29,456 bases of DNA from an uncultured Clostridia bacterium (GCA_937911885.1 CALDPW010000034.1:1-29456), one strand, 5' to 3'. Shown: positions 1 to 8,535, counted from the stretch's first letter. Notes: a model not told the origin generated them from the letters alone. Translations and numbers: made by a program.

Positions 1-249
1 TATCCATTTGAGAATAAAGAATTATTTGAAAAACAATTCCCAGCAGATTTTATCGCTGAAGGTATAGATCAAACAAGAGGTTGGTTCTATGTATTACTTG
101 TTATATCTACTATTATTTCAGGAGAAAGTTCATATAAGAATGTTTTAGTTAATGATTTAATGCTTGATTCTGAAGGTAAGAAGATGAGTAAGAGTGCAGG
201 AAACATCGTTGAACCATTTACTACAATTGAAAACTATGGAGCAGATTCA
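1..249 (+). CDS. ileS: Internal fragment of isoleucyl-tRNA synthetase (IleRS2-like), open at the window start and ending at an apparent junction
   Basis: Frame 1 reads [30 protein letters not shown]...[13 protein letters not shown]...YGAD. It has the class I KMSKS motif and the EGxDQTRGWF motif of IleRS. Similarity stops after YGAD. Confidence 0.85.
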
Positions 250-1008
250 ACTATTTCTCAAACTTTGGGCGCTGGAATGGGTGACTATTACTATGCTCAT
301 AAAAATCAATTGTTAAAAATTGACGATAACATTTCAAACGATCAAGCTGTGTTGATTGAGCCTTTTGCTGTTTCGCTACACGCAGTGTTAAAACGCATTC
401 CTAATCCTGGCGAAAAAGTGCTGGTTGTTGGCGCTGGAATGATTGGTTTGGGAATTATTCAAATGCTTAAAATATTTCAACCAAACTGCAAAGTTTATGT
501 TATGGAACGTGATGTGGTTAAACAACAATTTGCGCTAAAACTTGGCGCTGATGAAATTGTTAAAGGCAATGCGTATGAGGCAGTTGCTAAATGCACGGAC
601 GCAAAACTTTATAAAAAAGGTAACAACATAATGTTAATTGGTGGATTTGATTCCATTTTTGACACAGTGGGAAAAGGTTCGCTGTTAAATGATACTTTGC
701 GTTGGGTAAAAGCAAGAGGAACAATTGTTAAGGTTGGTTATCAAATGACTAAAACAAAATTTGATGAAACACCTCTTTGGTGGCAGGAAGTTAACATTAT
801 TGGTGTTGATAGCCACGGAATGGAAAATTATAATGGAAAAAAACAAAGTTCGTTTGAAATGGTTATTGATTTAATGAATCAAAACAAACTTACAACCAAT
901 GGATTTATTACCCACCACTTTAAGTTGACTGATTATAAAAAAGCATTTAAACTATTAATAGAAAGAACAGAACCGGCGATAAAAGTTGTGTTAGATTGTG
1001 AGGTGTAA
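250..1008 (+). CDS. C-terminal part of a zinc-binding medium-chain dehydrogenase/reductase (sorbitol/threonine dehydrogenase-like); N-terminus missing
   Basis: [14 protein letters not shown], Rossmann motif [17 protein letters not shown] and terminal IKVVL. The N-terminal GHE zinc-binding part is absent. Start coordinate is approximate. Confidence 0.85.
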   Translation, partial: TISQTLGAGMGDYYYAHKNQLLKIDDNISNDQAVLIEPFAVSLHAVLKRIPNPGEKVLVVGAGMIGLGIIQMLKIFQPNCKVYVMERDVVKQQFALKLGADEIVKGNAYEAVAKCTDAKLYKKGNNIMLIGGFDSIFDTVGKGSLLNDTLRWVKARGTIVKVGYQMTKTKFDETPLWWQEVNIIGVDSHGMENYNGKKQSSFEMVIDLMNQNKLTTNGFITHHFKLTDYKKAFKLLIERTEPAIKVVLDCEV

Positions 1009-1009
1009 C

Positions 1010-1552
1010 ATGAAAGATTTAGGCGTTTTTGATAGATTAACAGTATTAAAAGGTGATATAACCCAAATTACAGCCGATGCAATAGTAAATGCTGCTGCAC
1101 CACATTTGTTAGGTGGCGAAGGCGTTGATGGCGCAATTCATAAAGCTGCCGGCCCAGAATTGCTAGGCGAATGTCGTGGATTAAAAGGTTGTAGGCTTGG
1201 CGAAGCAAAAATAACAAAAGGTTATAGACTTCCTTGCAAACATATAATTCACACAGTTGGTCCAGTTTATGACCATTTTAGGGTAGACGAACAATTGATG
1301 GAACTAAAAAGCTGCTATGTTAACAGCATAAAATTAGCCAAAGAACATGGACTAAAAACAATTGCATTCCCTTGTATTGCTAATGGTATTTATGGTTTTC
1401 CAATTAGGCTTAGTGTTGATATGGTTTTTGAAACCTGTTTACAAGCTTTAAAAGAAGATAGCGAATTAAAAATATATTTAGTATGTTACGAAATGAGTGC
1501 ATATGAACAATATGTTGATTGTTTGGTAAAAATAAAAAGCAACCTTAAATAG
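1010..1552 (+). CDS. Macrodomain protein (YmdB/MacroD-like ADP-ribose-binding or hydrolase family)
   Basis: GDIT, DAIVNAA, GVDGAIHKAAG, IIHTVGP and IAFPCI..GIYGFP motifs. ATG at 1010 follows SD GAGGTG at 1000-1005. Confidence 0.93.
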   Translation: MKDLGVFDRLTVLKGDITQITADAIVNAAAPHLLGGEGVDGAIHKAAGPELLGECRGLKGCRLGEAKITKGYRLPCKHIIHTVGPVYDHFRVDEQLMELKSCYVNSIKLAKEHGLKTIAFPCIANGIYGFPIRLSVDMVFETCLQALKEDSELKIYLVCYEMSAYEQYVDCLVKIKSNLK

Positions 1553-1563
1553 GTTGTTTTTTT
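1535..1563 (+). terminator. Intrinsic terminator after the macrodomain gene
   Basis: Hairpin AAAAGCAACCT-TAAAT-AGGTTGTTTT followed by a T run. Confidence 0.8.
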
Positions 1564-1579
1564 GTTGGAATTTTGCTTA

Positions 1580-1608
1580 TTGAAAATAAATTATATTTAT
1601 GATATAAT
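1580..1608 (+). promoter_or_regulatory. Sigma70/SigA-type promoter of the kinase-like operon
   Basis: TTGAAA (1580-1585), 17-nt spacer, TG-n-TATAAT (1603-1608). Confidence 0.7.
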
Positions 1609-1617
1609 ATTTATAAT

Positions 1618-2559
1618 ATGGAAAAAGAAAAACTAATTAAGTTGTTCGATTATTTAAATGGTAGGCAACATTCGGCAGAAGCTATTAAAACCGAAATTGC
1701 AACAGTTAATCCAAAATTGGGCAACGAATTTTACGAAAAACTTAATAGTGAAACCTTTGATGCTCATGGTGGATTTAAAAGCTGTGTTTATTGGGGTGAT
1801 AAAAAAGTTTTTGCAATGTTAAAATCAAAAACTCCATATTGTATAGAAGCTATTGATGAAACAAACAAGATTTCAAATGAATTATTAAAATTAAATCGCA
1901 GATTTATTGCACATGGCGTATTAACACCAAAAATATATTCAATGTTTTTTGCTGATGAACGCTATATTGAAATTCAAAAGCGAGTTGTGGGTGAACCAAT
2001 TGCTTTAATTAGAACTTCAAGTTTGCAAACAAAATCTGGCGAACAAATAGATGATGACTATGCTTATCAAAAAATTTATGAACATAATATAAATATGCAA
2101 CAAACTTTGCTTAAAGCTCCACAAGAACAATTTAACGAACTGTTTAAATCGTTTGTTATACTTAATGGTTTTGGTTTTAGTGTTGAAGATTCTCATGGTG
2201 AAAATATTATGTATGGCGAAAAAGGGTTTTCGATAATAGACTTAAATTATTACGATTATTATCAACGCGAAACACATTATGTTTATAACGAACCTCCAAG
2301 CATGATAAGTTGTGTTTATGATTTTGTTAAAGCTTTTAGCTATTCAAACGATTCACATTTTTCACTTTTGCAACAAGCAAAAATTAAACGAAACAACATT
2401 AAAGTGCTTTCAAAATTATTTGAAGCAGTTGGATCACAACATACCGGAATTGATATTAACAGTTTAGAATATCCTTTGCGTCGTATGTTTGGTGATAGCT
2501 GGAAAAGATGTGCACGTGAAGCATTAAAACCACGAAGTTTTTCAATATTAAAAATGTAG
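1618..2559 (+). CDS. Atypical protein-kinase-like fold protein, paralogue 1
   Basis: Gly-loop-like GGFKSC, beta3 Lys in FAMLKSK, catalytic-loop-like EDSHGENI (DxHxxN), DFG-equivalent IIDLNY. Confidence 0.75.
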   Translation: MEKEKLIKLFDYLNGRQHSAEAIKTEIATVNPKLGNEFYEKLNSETFDAHGGFKSCVYWGDKKVFAMLKSKTPYCIEAIDETNKISNELLKLNRRFIAHGVLTPKIYSMFFADERYIEIQKRVVGEPIALIRTSSLQTKSGEQIDDDYAYQKIYEHNINMQQTLLKAPQEQFNELFKSFVILNGFGFSVEDSHGENIMYGEKGFSIIDLNYYDYYQRETHYVYNEPPSMISCVYDFVKAFSYSNDSHFSLLQQAKIKRNNIKVLSKLFEAVGSQHTGIDINSLEYPLRRMFGDSWKRCAREALKPRSFSILKM

Positions 2560-2568
2560 GTGTTAATT

Positions 2569-3546
2569 ATGAAAGATGAAGTTATGAATTATTTTAGAAA
2601 ATTGGCAGGAAAAGATGTTGATAGTCAAACCATTGCCGATGAACTAACAGCAATTAGTTTAGAAGATAGCGATGAATTTATGTCCACTTTTGCAGGTGAC
2701 TCATTTCATCATGCAGGTGCAAACAAAACTTGCACTTATTTTGGTGATCGATTAATTTATGCAATGTTAAAATCAAAAGAAACTGCCAAAGTTGCACTAG
2801 ATCAATTTAATGTTAAATATGGTGCCGAAATTGTTGATTATAACGATTCGTTAATTGCAGAAGGTGCGTGTATTGCAAAAGTTTATTCAATATTTTTTGC
2901 TGACAAAAAATATGTTGAACTTCAACAACGCATAAAGGGCGAACCTGTTGCAATAAACTCATTGAAAAAAGTTGAAAGAGCTGTTGCTTCAAGGGTGGAA
3001 GGATTAACAGAAGAAGAAAAAATTAGAGTTATGGGTGATGAAATTTATAGATTTAATCATCAACAACAAGAACTTATGAAAAATCTTCCACAAAAAGCAT
3101 TTGATGATTTGTGTAAAACAATTTTGTTATTGCGTGACCGTAAAACAAGATTTTATGATAATCATTGCGAAAATATTTTGGTTGGAAAAGATAGCTTTAC
3201 TTTAATAGATTTAAACTATCAAAAAATGTTAACTGATTACAAAACAAAAACACAAAAACCAGATTTGTATGATTGTATTGAAGACTTTTTAACACCATTT
3301 TCGTTAAGTTCAATGCTTAGAAAACACTTAACAGTTGAGCAACAAAAAGCATTAGATAAAAACAATTATCAAATTGCTAAAAAGTTGGTTAAAGCATTGC
3401 AAAACAACAATATTCCAATTAATTTAACTGATTATAGAATTAATATGCCTTTCCAAGATATGTTGGGTGAAAACTACGAAACTTATATGCAACAAATTGC
3501 AACCGAACTTCAAGCTGAAAAGGCATCTCCAATTAAAAAAGTGTAG
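2569..3546 (+). CDS. Atypical protein-kinase-like fold protein, paralogue 2
   Basis: GANKTC, YAMLKSK, YDNHCENIL, LIDLNY. ATG 2569 chosen because SD AGGTG overlaps the upstream TAG and MKDEVMNYF aligns with the paralogue N-termini. Confidence 0.75.
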   Translation: MKDEVMNYFRKLAGKDVDSQTIADELTAISLEDSDEFMSTFAGDSFHHAGANKTCTYFGDRLIYAMLKSKETAKVALDQFNVKYGAEIVDYNDSLIAEGACIAKVYSIFFADKKYVELQQRIKGEPVAINSLKKVERAVASRVEGLTEEEKIRVMGDEIYRFNHQQQELMKNLPQKAFDDLCKTILLLRDRKTRFYDNHCENILVGKDSFTLIDLNYQKMLTDYKTKTQKPDLYDCIEDFLTPFSLSSMLRKHLTVEQQKALDKNNYQIAKKLVKALQNNNIPINLTDYRINMPFQDMLGENYETYMQQIATELQAEKASPIKKV

Positions 3547-3552
3547 GATAAT

Positions 3553-4602
3553 ATGGCAAATAAACAAGTTGTTGAATATTTTAATAGATTGCACTCGGGA
3601 TCGTTTGCTACTGATAAAGTTGCACAAGTTGGAACAGGGCTAGATGAAAAAACAGCAGAGGAATTGCAACAAATTTTGCAAAGTTCCGAGTATGAGGCAA
3701 AAGGACAATATAAAACATGTTCGTTTTTTGGTGATCGAAAAATTTTTGCATGTTTAAAATCCAAAAACCAATATTTGCCAGCCGAAATTCAACGATTTAG
3801 AGATGAAGCTTATAACATGATTCAACTAAACAACAAGTTGGTGTCAAAGGGTGCTTGCGTTCCTAAGTTATACTCAATATTTTTTGCAGATAAGCATTAT
3901 GTCGAAATTCAACACCGTGTTTATGGAAAACCATTGGCGATTTTTAAAATAAACTTTTTTAGCGAGGAAATATTAGGGCACGCCATTAATCCTAACAGCC
4001 CTCAAAGCGAAAAAGATATTGTTGGAAAACAGTTGTTTGAATATAATTTAGAACAACAAAAAAAATTAATTAAATTGCCAGTTGAAGAATATAGTAAAAT
4101 GCTAAAAACAATGTTGGCTTTTAATGATTTGGGAATTTATTTTTATGATAATCACTGTGAAAACATTTTAATTGGCGAAAAAGGCTTAACCATTGTGGAT
4201 TTTGACTATATGGAAGCTTTGTTTCAACGTAGAAGAATGTTTGAAAATCAGGGGCGAACCGATGTTGGCAAACAATTTAAACGCAGATCGGAAGTTGATA
4301 TTGCCGAATGTTTTATAAAACCATTTTCGTTTGCACGCCAGCATATGTTTTGTTTGTCGCCACAGCAGCAACAGCAACTTATGAAAAACGATGTGGAAAT
4401 ATTAAAGAAACTTGTTGATGCAATTAGTTTAAACAAAATTGTTGTTCCTGCTGATAACCCACGATTTGTGGAATATGCCAATGTGGTTTTTGAAGGGCAG
4501 TTTGATCAAATTGCTCCATATATATTATCGTCGCAACAACAATTGCGACAACAAATGGGGTTGGCACCATTAGCCATGCCAACAGCAAAAGGTAAAAAAT
4601 AA
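3553..4602 (+). CDS. Atypical protein-kinase-like fold protein, paralogue 3
   Basis: GQYKTC, FACLKSK, YDNHCENIL, IVDFDY. SD AGGA overlaps the upstream TAG. Confidence 0.75.
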   Translation: MANKQVVEYFNRLHSGSFATDKVAQVGTGLDEKTAEELQQILQSSEYEAKGQYKTCSFFGDRKIFACLKSKNQYLPAEIQRFRDEAYNMIQLNNKLVSKGACVPKLYSIFFADKHYVEIQHRVYGKPLAIFKINFFSEEILGHAINPNSPQSEKDIVGKQLFEYNLEQQKKLIKLPVEEYSKMLKTMLAFNDLGIYFYDNHCENILIGEKGLTIVDFDYMEALFQRRRMFENQGRTDVGKQFKRRSEVDIAECFIKPFSFARQHMFCLSPQQQQQLMKNDVEILKKLVDAISLNKIVVPADNPRFVEYANVVFEGQFDQIAPYILSSQQQLRQQMGLAPLAMPTAKGKK

Positions 4603-5639
4603 TGATAAAAGAATTGGTAGACTTTTTTAACAACTTAAACGGAAAAACTCTAACACCAGAAGAACTTGAACAATTAGATAATTCGACTGGTGGTAATGTG
4701 GCTAAACAAATGATTGAAGCCATTAAGGGTGATCAACACACAAAAAGTGGAGCATATAAAACATGCTCATTTTTTGGCGATGCTCCAGTTTTTGCAATGT
4801 TAAAATCAAAACAAGTTTGTTCAAAAGCTAGCCAAATGTTTGTTAAAAACAAGGCCAATCAAATAATTAGATTAAACAATAAATTAGTAACTGGCGGTGC
4901 AAGAATTGCAAGGTTGTATTCTATTTTTTATGCCGATAAAAGATATGTTGAAATTCAACAAGCAATAAAGGGCGAACCTATTGCGATAAACAATCTTTCT
5001 AACTTTGCAAAAAAAGTTATTGGTCGTCGTATTGATTCTTATTTTACAACCGATATTGATCCACTTGAAAAAAAGAAACTGGGCGATGCTTTGTTTGAAT
5101 ATAATTATAATCAACAACAACTAATGTTAAGTTTGCCACAAAGTGCATTTGATAAGTTGTTTAAAACATATGTATTATTAAACCGTAGAAATATTAGAGT
5201 GGACGATAATCACTGCGAAAACTTGTTGGTGGGCAAAAAAGGCTTTACCTTGATTGATTTGGATTATGGTAAAATGGTGGAGCATAATAAAGATTACAAA
5301 AACAAACAAACCGACAACAAGGTTGCTCACGATTTTATTTTTCCATTTTCTTATACATCGTTTTATACACCATTTTTAACAATGACCCAAATAAAAAAAT
5401 TAGAAGATGCTAATGTTGAAATTTTAAAACGATTAATTGATGCAATATCAAACAATAAAGTTGTAATTAATGCAAAAAAAGATATGATTGATGATGTTAT
5501 TTTTGGCATGGTTGGCATTGATAATGCTATTGATAAGGCAAACTATTTATTTCAGTCGCAAATTGAACTTAGACAAAAACAAGGGTTGCCACCCGATGGT
5601 TTTGTTAAGTATTACACAGCAACTCCAAAACGCAAATAG
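4602..5639 (+). CDS. Atypical protein-kinase-like fold protein, paralogue 4
   Basis: GAYKTC, FAMLKSK, DDNHCENLL, LIDLDY. TAATG stop/start overlap with paralogue 3. Confidence 0.75.
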   Translation: MIKELVDFFNNLNGKTLTPEELEQLDNSTGGNVAKQMIEAIKGDQHTKSGAYKTCSFFGDAPVFAMLKSKQVCSKASQMFVKNKANQIIRLNNKLVTGGARIARLYSIFYADKRYVEIQQAIKGEPIAINNLSNFAKKVIGRRIDSYFTTDIDPLEKKKLGDALFEYNYNQQQLMLSLPQSAFDKLFKTYVLLNRRNIRVDDNHCENLLVGKKGFTLIDLDYGKMVEHNKDYKNKQTDNKVAHDFIFPFSYTSFYTPFLTMTQIKKLEDANVEILKRLIDAISNNKVVINAKKDMIDDVIFGMVGIDNAIDKANYLFQSQIELRQKQGLPPDGFVKYYTATPKRK

Positions 5640-5665
5640 AAGCAAAATTTTGCTTCTATTTTTTT
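5634..5665 (+). terminator. Intrinsic terminator closing the kinase-like operon
   Basis: Perfect 28-bp palindrome AAATAGAAGCAAAATTTTGCTTCTATTT (5634-5661) followed by further Ts. Confidence 0.85.
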
Positions 5666-5864
5666 ATGCTAAATGGGTTAACATTTGCATAAACTATAAC
5701 TATAAAAATAAAAAACTAAAAACCTTATGTCAAAAACTAATAATTATTTAATAATTATTTATAAAATTTTTGTAGATTTATGACGATTGTTGTTTTATTT
5801 GCTTTTTAGTTTTTTTTAACTGTGCTAAAATATGAGTAATGTATAAGTTAAGGAGTTTGTAATT

Positions 5865-6341
5865 ATGAATCCAATTTACTATATTTATATTGTATTAGGT
5901 GTTAGCTTTATATCCTATGTTGGATTATTAACAATTAGAATTGTTAAAGGTAAAAAACGCAAAAAACAAGAAGCTGCTGTTAACGAAGAAAAAGTTAAAA
6001 ACAACTTGAACGAAGTTGACGATGTTCGCTACACAATGGAAGAAAACCCTGTTAATGTAACCGAAACAATTAATGATCAAGGCATTGCTGTTAGTGAAGA
6101 ATCAGTTAATGCAACATTCTTGCAAAAAGATTATATTCTTGCTCAAAATACTCCTGTTGAAGTTTCGCCAGAGGGTGAATTAAAACCTGGCAAATATATT
6201 GTTTTATCTACCGATGAAAATCAAGATAGATTCAATATTCGCGTTGGTATTTATGTTCGAGAATATCACCACAACCAAGAAATTGTTTTGGCCGATGGTG
6301 ATACTGTTTGTGCAGTTAGTTCTTCAGTTATTTTAAGATAG
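5865..6341 (+). CDS. Hypothetical protein with an N-terminal transmembrane anchor
   Basis: SD AAGGAG; hydrophobic helix at about residues 4-26 followed by KGKKRKK; first gene of a 3-gene unit. Confidence 0.8.
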   Translation: MNPIYYIYIVLGVSFISYVGLLTIRIVKGKKRKKQEAAVNEEKVKNNLNEVDDVRYTMEENPVNVTETINDQGIAVSEESVNATFLQKDYILAQNTPVEVSPEGELKPGKYIVLSTDENQDRFNIRVGIYVREYHHNQEIVLADGDTVCAVSSSVILR

Positions 6342-6350
6342 GGGGAATAT

Positions 6351-7469
6351 ATGGGATTATTTAGTGGTTTTAAAAGCCAATTATTAAAAGTTATTGAATG
6401 GACAGATGACACTACAAACACATTGGTTTACAAATTTCCAATGGATGGTCGTCAAATTATGTATGGATCAAAACTAACAGTTAGAGAAAGCCAAGCTGCT
6501 GTGTTTGTTAACAAAGGCAAATTGGCCGATGTTTTTGCTCCTGGTTATCATAAACTAGAAACATCAAACATTCCAGTTCTTTCAAAATTGTTAAGTTGGC
6601 CATATGGTTTTAACTCACCATTTTTTGCAGATGTTTATTTTGTAAACACAAAACAATTCACAAACGTTAAATGGGGAACAAGCAACCCAATTACAATGCG
6701 TGATAAAGATTTTGGAACAATTAGAATTAGAAGTTATGGTACATATGCATTTAAGGTTTCTGATCCTGTTGTTTTCTTGCGTGAACTTTTTGGAACAAAT
6801 TCAACCTTTAAAACCGAAGATATTGTTTCATACTTAAAAAGCATGTTGGTTGCAACCATTTCGGATACAATTGCAGAGTCTAAAATTTCAGCTTTAGATC
6901 TTGCTTGCAACTTGCTAGAATTTAACAAAGTTTGCCAAGGCAGATTAAATGAGGAATTTGGAAAACTTGGTTTGGCATTAACCAATTTAGTTATTGAAAA
7001 CATTTCATTCCCAGAAGAAGTTGAAAAAGCTATTGATACTCGCTCATCAATGGGTGTTATGGGCGACACAATGGATACATTTGTAAAATATCAAGCAGCA
7101 CATGCTTTGCGTGAAAGTGCAAACAATCCAAATGGTAATAACATGGCAGGCATTGGTGTTGGTCTTGGTTCTGGTGCTGCACTAGGTCAAATATTAAACG
7201 AAAGCATTAAAGTAACATCTGGTGCTAAAAAACAATGCACAAATTGTGGATCAGAATTAAAAGCTTCGGCAAAGTTTTGCCCAGAATGTGGATTTAAGTT
7301 TGGACCAGCTAAAAAGAATTGTGTTCACTGTGGTGCAGAAATTGCAGCAAAAGCAAAATTCTGCCCAGAATGTGGTAAAAACCAATTAACAAAACGTGTT
7401 TGCTCAAAATGTGGTGCAGAAGTTAGTGGAAAAGGTAAGTTCTGCCCAGATTGTGGTGAAAAACTATAA
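6351..7469 (+). CDS. SPFH/band-7-like protein (B. subtilis YdjI-like) with three C-terminal zinc ribbons
   Basis: VIEW, GSKLTVRESQAAVFV, SPFFADVYFVN and KWGTSNPI motifs; three CxxCG-x(8)-FCPxCG units. Confidence 0.85.
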   Translation: MGLFSGFKSQLLKVIEWTDDTTNTLVYKFPMDGRQIMYGSKLTVRESQAAVFVNKGKLADVFAPGYHKLETSNIPVLSKLLSWPYGFNSPFFADVYFVNTKQFTNVKWGTSNPITMRDKDFGTIRIRSYGTYAFKVSDPVVFLRELFGTNSTFKTEDIVSYLKSMLVATISDTIAESKISALDLACNLLEFNKVCQGRLNEEFGKLGLALTNLVIENISFPEEVEKAIDTRSSMGVMGDTMDTFVKYQAAHALRESANNPNGNNMAGIGVGLGSGAALGQILNESIKVTSGAKKQCTNCGSELKASAKFCPECGFKFGPAKKNCVHCGAEIAAKAKFCPECGKNQLTKRVCSKCGAEVSGKGKFCPDCGEKL

Positions 7470-7477
7470 GGAAAAAT

Positions 7478-8530
7478 ATGAATAAATTAAGTAATAAGTG
7501 TGGTTCTTGTGGCTACACTTTAACTTTTGATACACAAAGTCAATCGTTAAAGTGTTTGCATTGTGAAAGTGTAACACCAATCAATGCGCAAAATTTAATA
7601 ACAAAACATGATTACACAGTCGATAGTTCTCTAAAACAAAACGATGAGCACAACCTTGTTTATAGTTGTGTAAACTGTGGTGCAAAAACTAATATTAGTG
7701 AACACATTTTGGGCAAATGTCCTTATTGTGGTTCAAGCGATGTTGAAGAATTAAGCAATTCTTTAAAACATGATGCCGATGGAATTATTCCTTTTGAAAT
7801 TAGTAAAGATGTTGCTCAAAAAAAATATAAAGAATGGCTTAAACGAAAAAAGTTTGTTCCAAACAACTTAAAAAGTAAGTCTAAAATAAAAACAATGGAA
7901 GGTTTTTATTGCCCATGTTTTTGTTTTGATTATGATGTGCAATCAAAATATAGTGGTGTTGGAATTAGGGAGCATCGTGTAACAAGACATGTGCGCACAA
8001 GCAATGGAACAATGCGAACAGTTACCGATGTTGAAATAACCAGGCATCCTTTTTCGGGAAGTAGAAACGATAAGTTTGAAAATTTGATAATTACTGCAAA
8101 TGGTTTGGTCGCCGATAATGAAATTGAAAAACTAGGCAATTTTGGCTTGGAAAAATTAAAAGTGTTTAATCCTGCATATTTATTAGGGTTTGTTTCGCAA
8201 GATGGCTCGCAAACAGTGCATCAAGGGTTTTCAACTTCAACAAATTACACAAAAAAAGAAATTGAAGAAAGAATTAAAAATGCACATGGTTTTGATAGGC
8301 TTGATAGTATTAAACTTGCATCCGATTATCAAAATAAAAAATATAACTACATATATTTGCCAATTTATATTTGCAGTTTTATTTATAAACAAAAGGATTA
8401 CAGATTTTTAGTTAATGGATATTCTGGCTATGTAACAGGAAAAGTTCCACGCAGTGGCTGGAAGATTTTTGGTTTTGTTATGTTGATAATACTTGCTGTT
8501 TTAGGTGTTGTATTTTTGGCTAATTTATAA
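7478..8530 (+). CDS. Zinc-ribbon membrane protein (B. subtilis YdjG-like)
   Basis: Four CxxC pairs at the N-terminus, GIIPF, LPIY...VNGYSGYVTGKVP, C-terminal transmembrane helix; adjacent to the YdjI-like gene. Confidence 0.8.
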   Translation: MNKLSNKCGSCGYTLTFDTQSQSLKCLHCESVTPINAQNLITKHDYTVDSSLKQNDEHNLVYSCVNCGAKTNISEHILGKCPYCGSSDVEELSNSLKHDADGIIPFEISKDVAQKKYKEWLKRKKFVPNNLKSKSKIKTMEGFYCPCFCFDYDVQSKYSGVGIREHRVTRHVRTSNGTMRTVTDVEITRHPFSGSRNDKFENLIITANGLVADNEIEKLGNFGLEKLKVFNPAYLLGFVSQDGSQTVHQGFSTSTNYTKKEIEERIKNAHGFDRLDSIKLASDYQNKKYNYIYLPIYICSFIYKQKDYRFLVNGYSGYVTGKVPRSGWKIFGFVMLIILAVLGVVFLANL

Positions 8531-8535
8531 AAAAT

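Noticed and set aside
160..1008. 282-aa ORF taken as one intact dehydrogenase starting at ATG 160
   Set aside because: Its first ~30 residues are IleRS (KMSKS) and the frame is open back to position 1.
1618..5639. Calling the kinases HipA toxins or Hanks-type Ser/Thr kinases
   Set aside because: There is no HipB-like HTH partner or recognisable HipA N-terminal domain, and no HRDLKPxN, DFG or APE motifs; only the generic kinase-like motifs are supported.
3424..5751. Short antisense or alternate-frame ORFs over the kinase genes as possible antitoxins
   Set aside because: They overlap well-supported genes, have no recognisable motifs, and are expected shadow ORFs.
7230..7462. Repeated TGCCCAGA.TGTGG units as a possible CRISPR or repeat array
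   Set aside because: They encode the three FCPxCG zinc-ribbon motifs of the SPFH protein.
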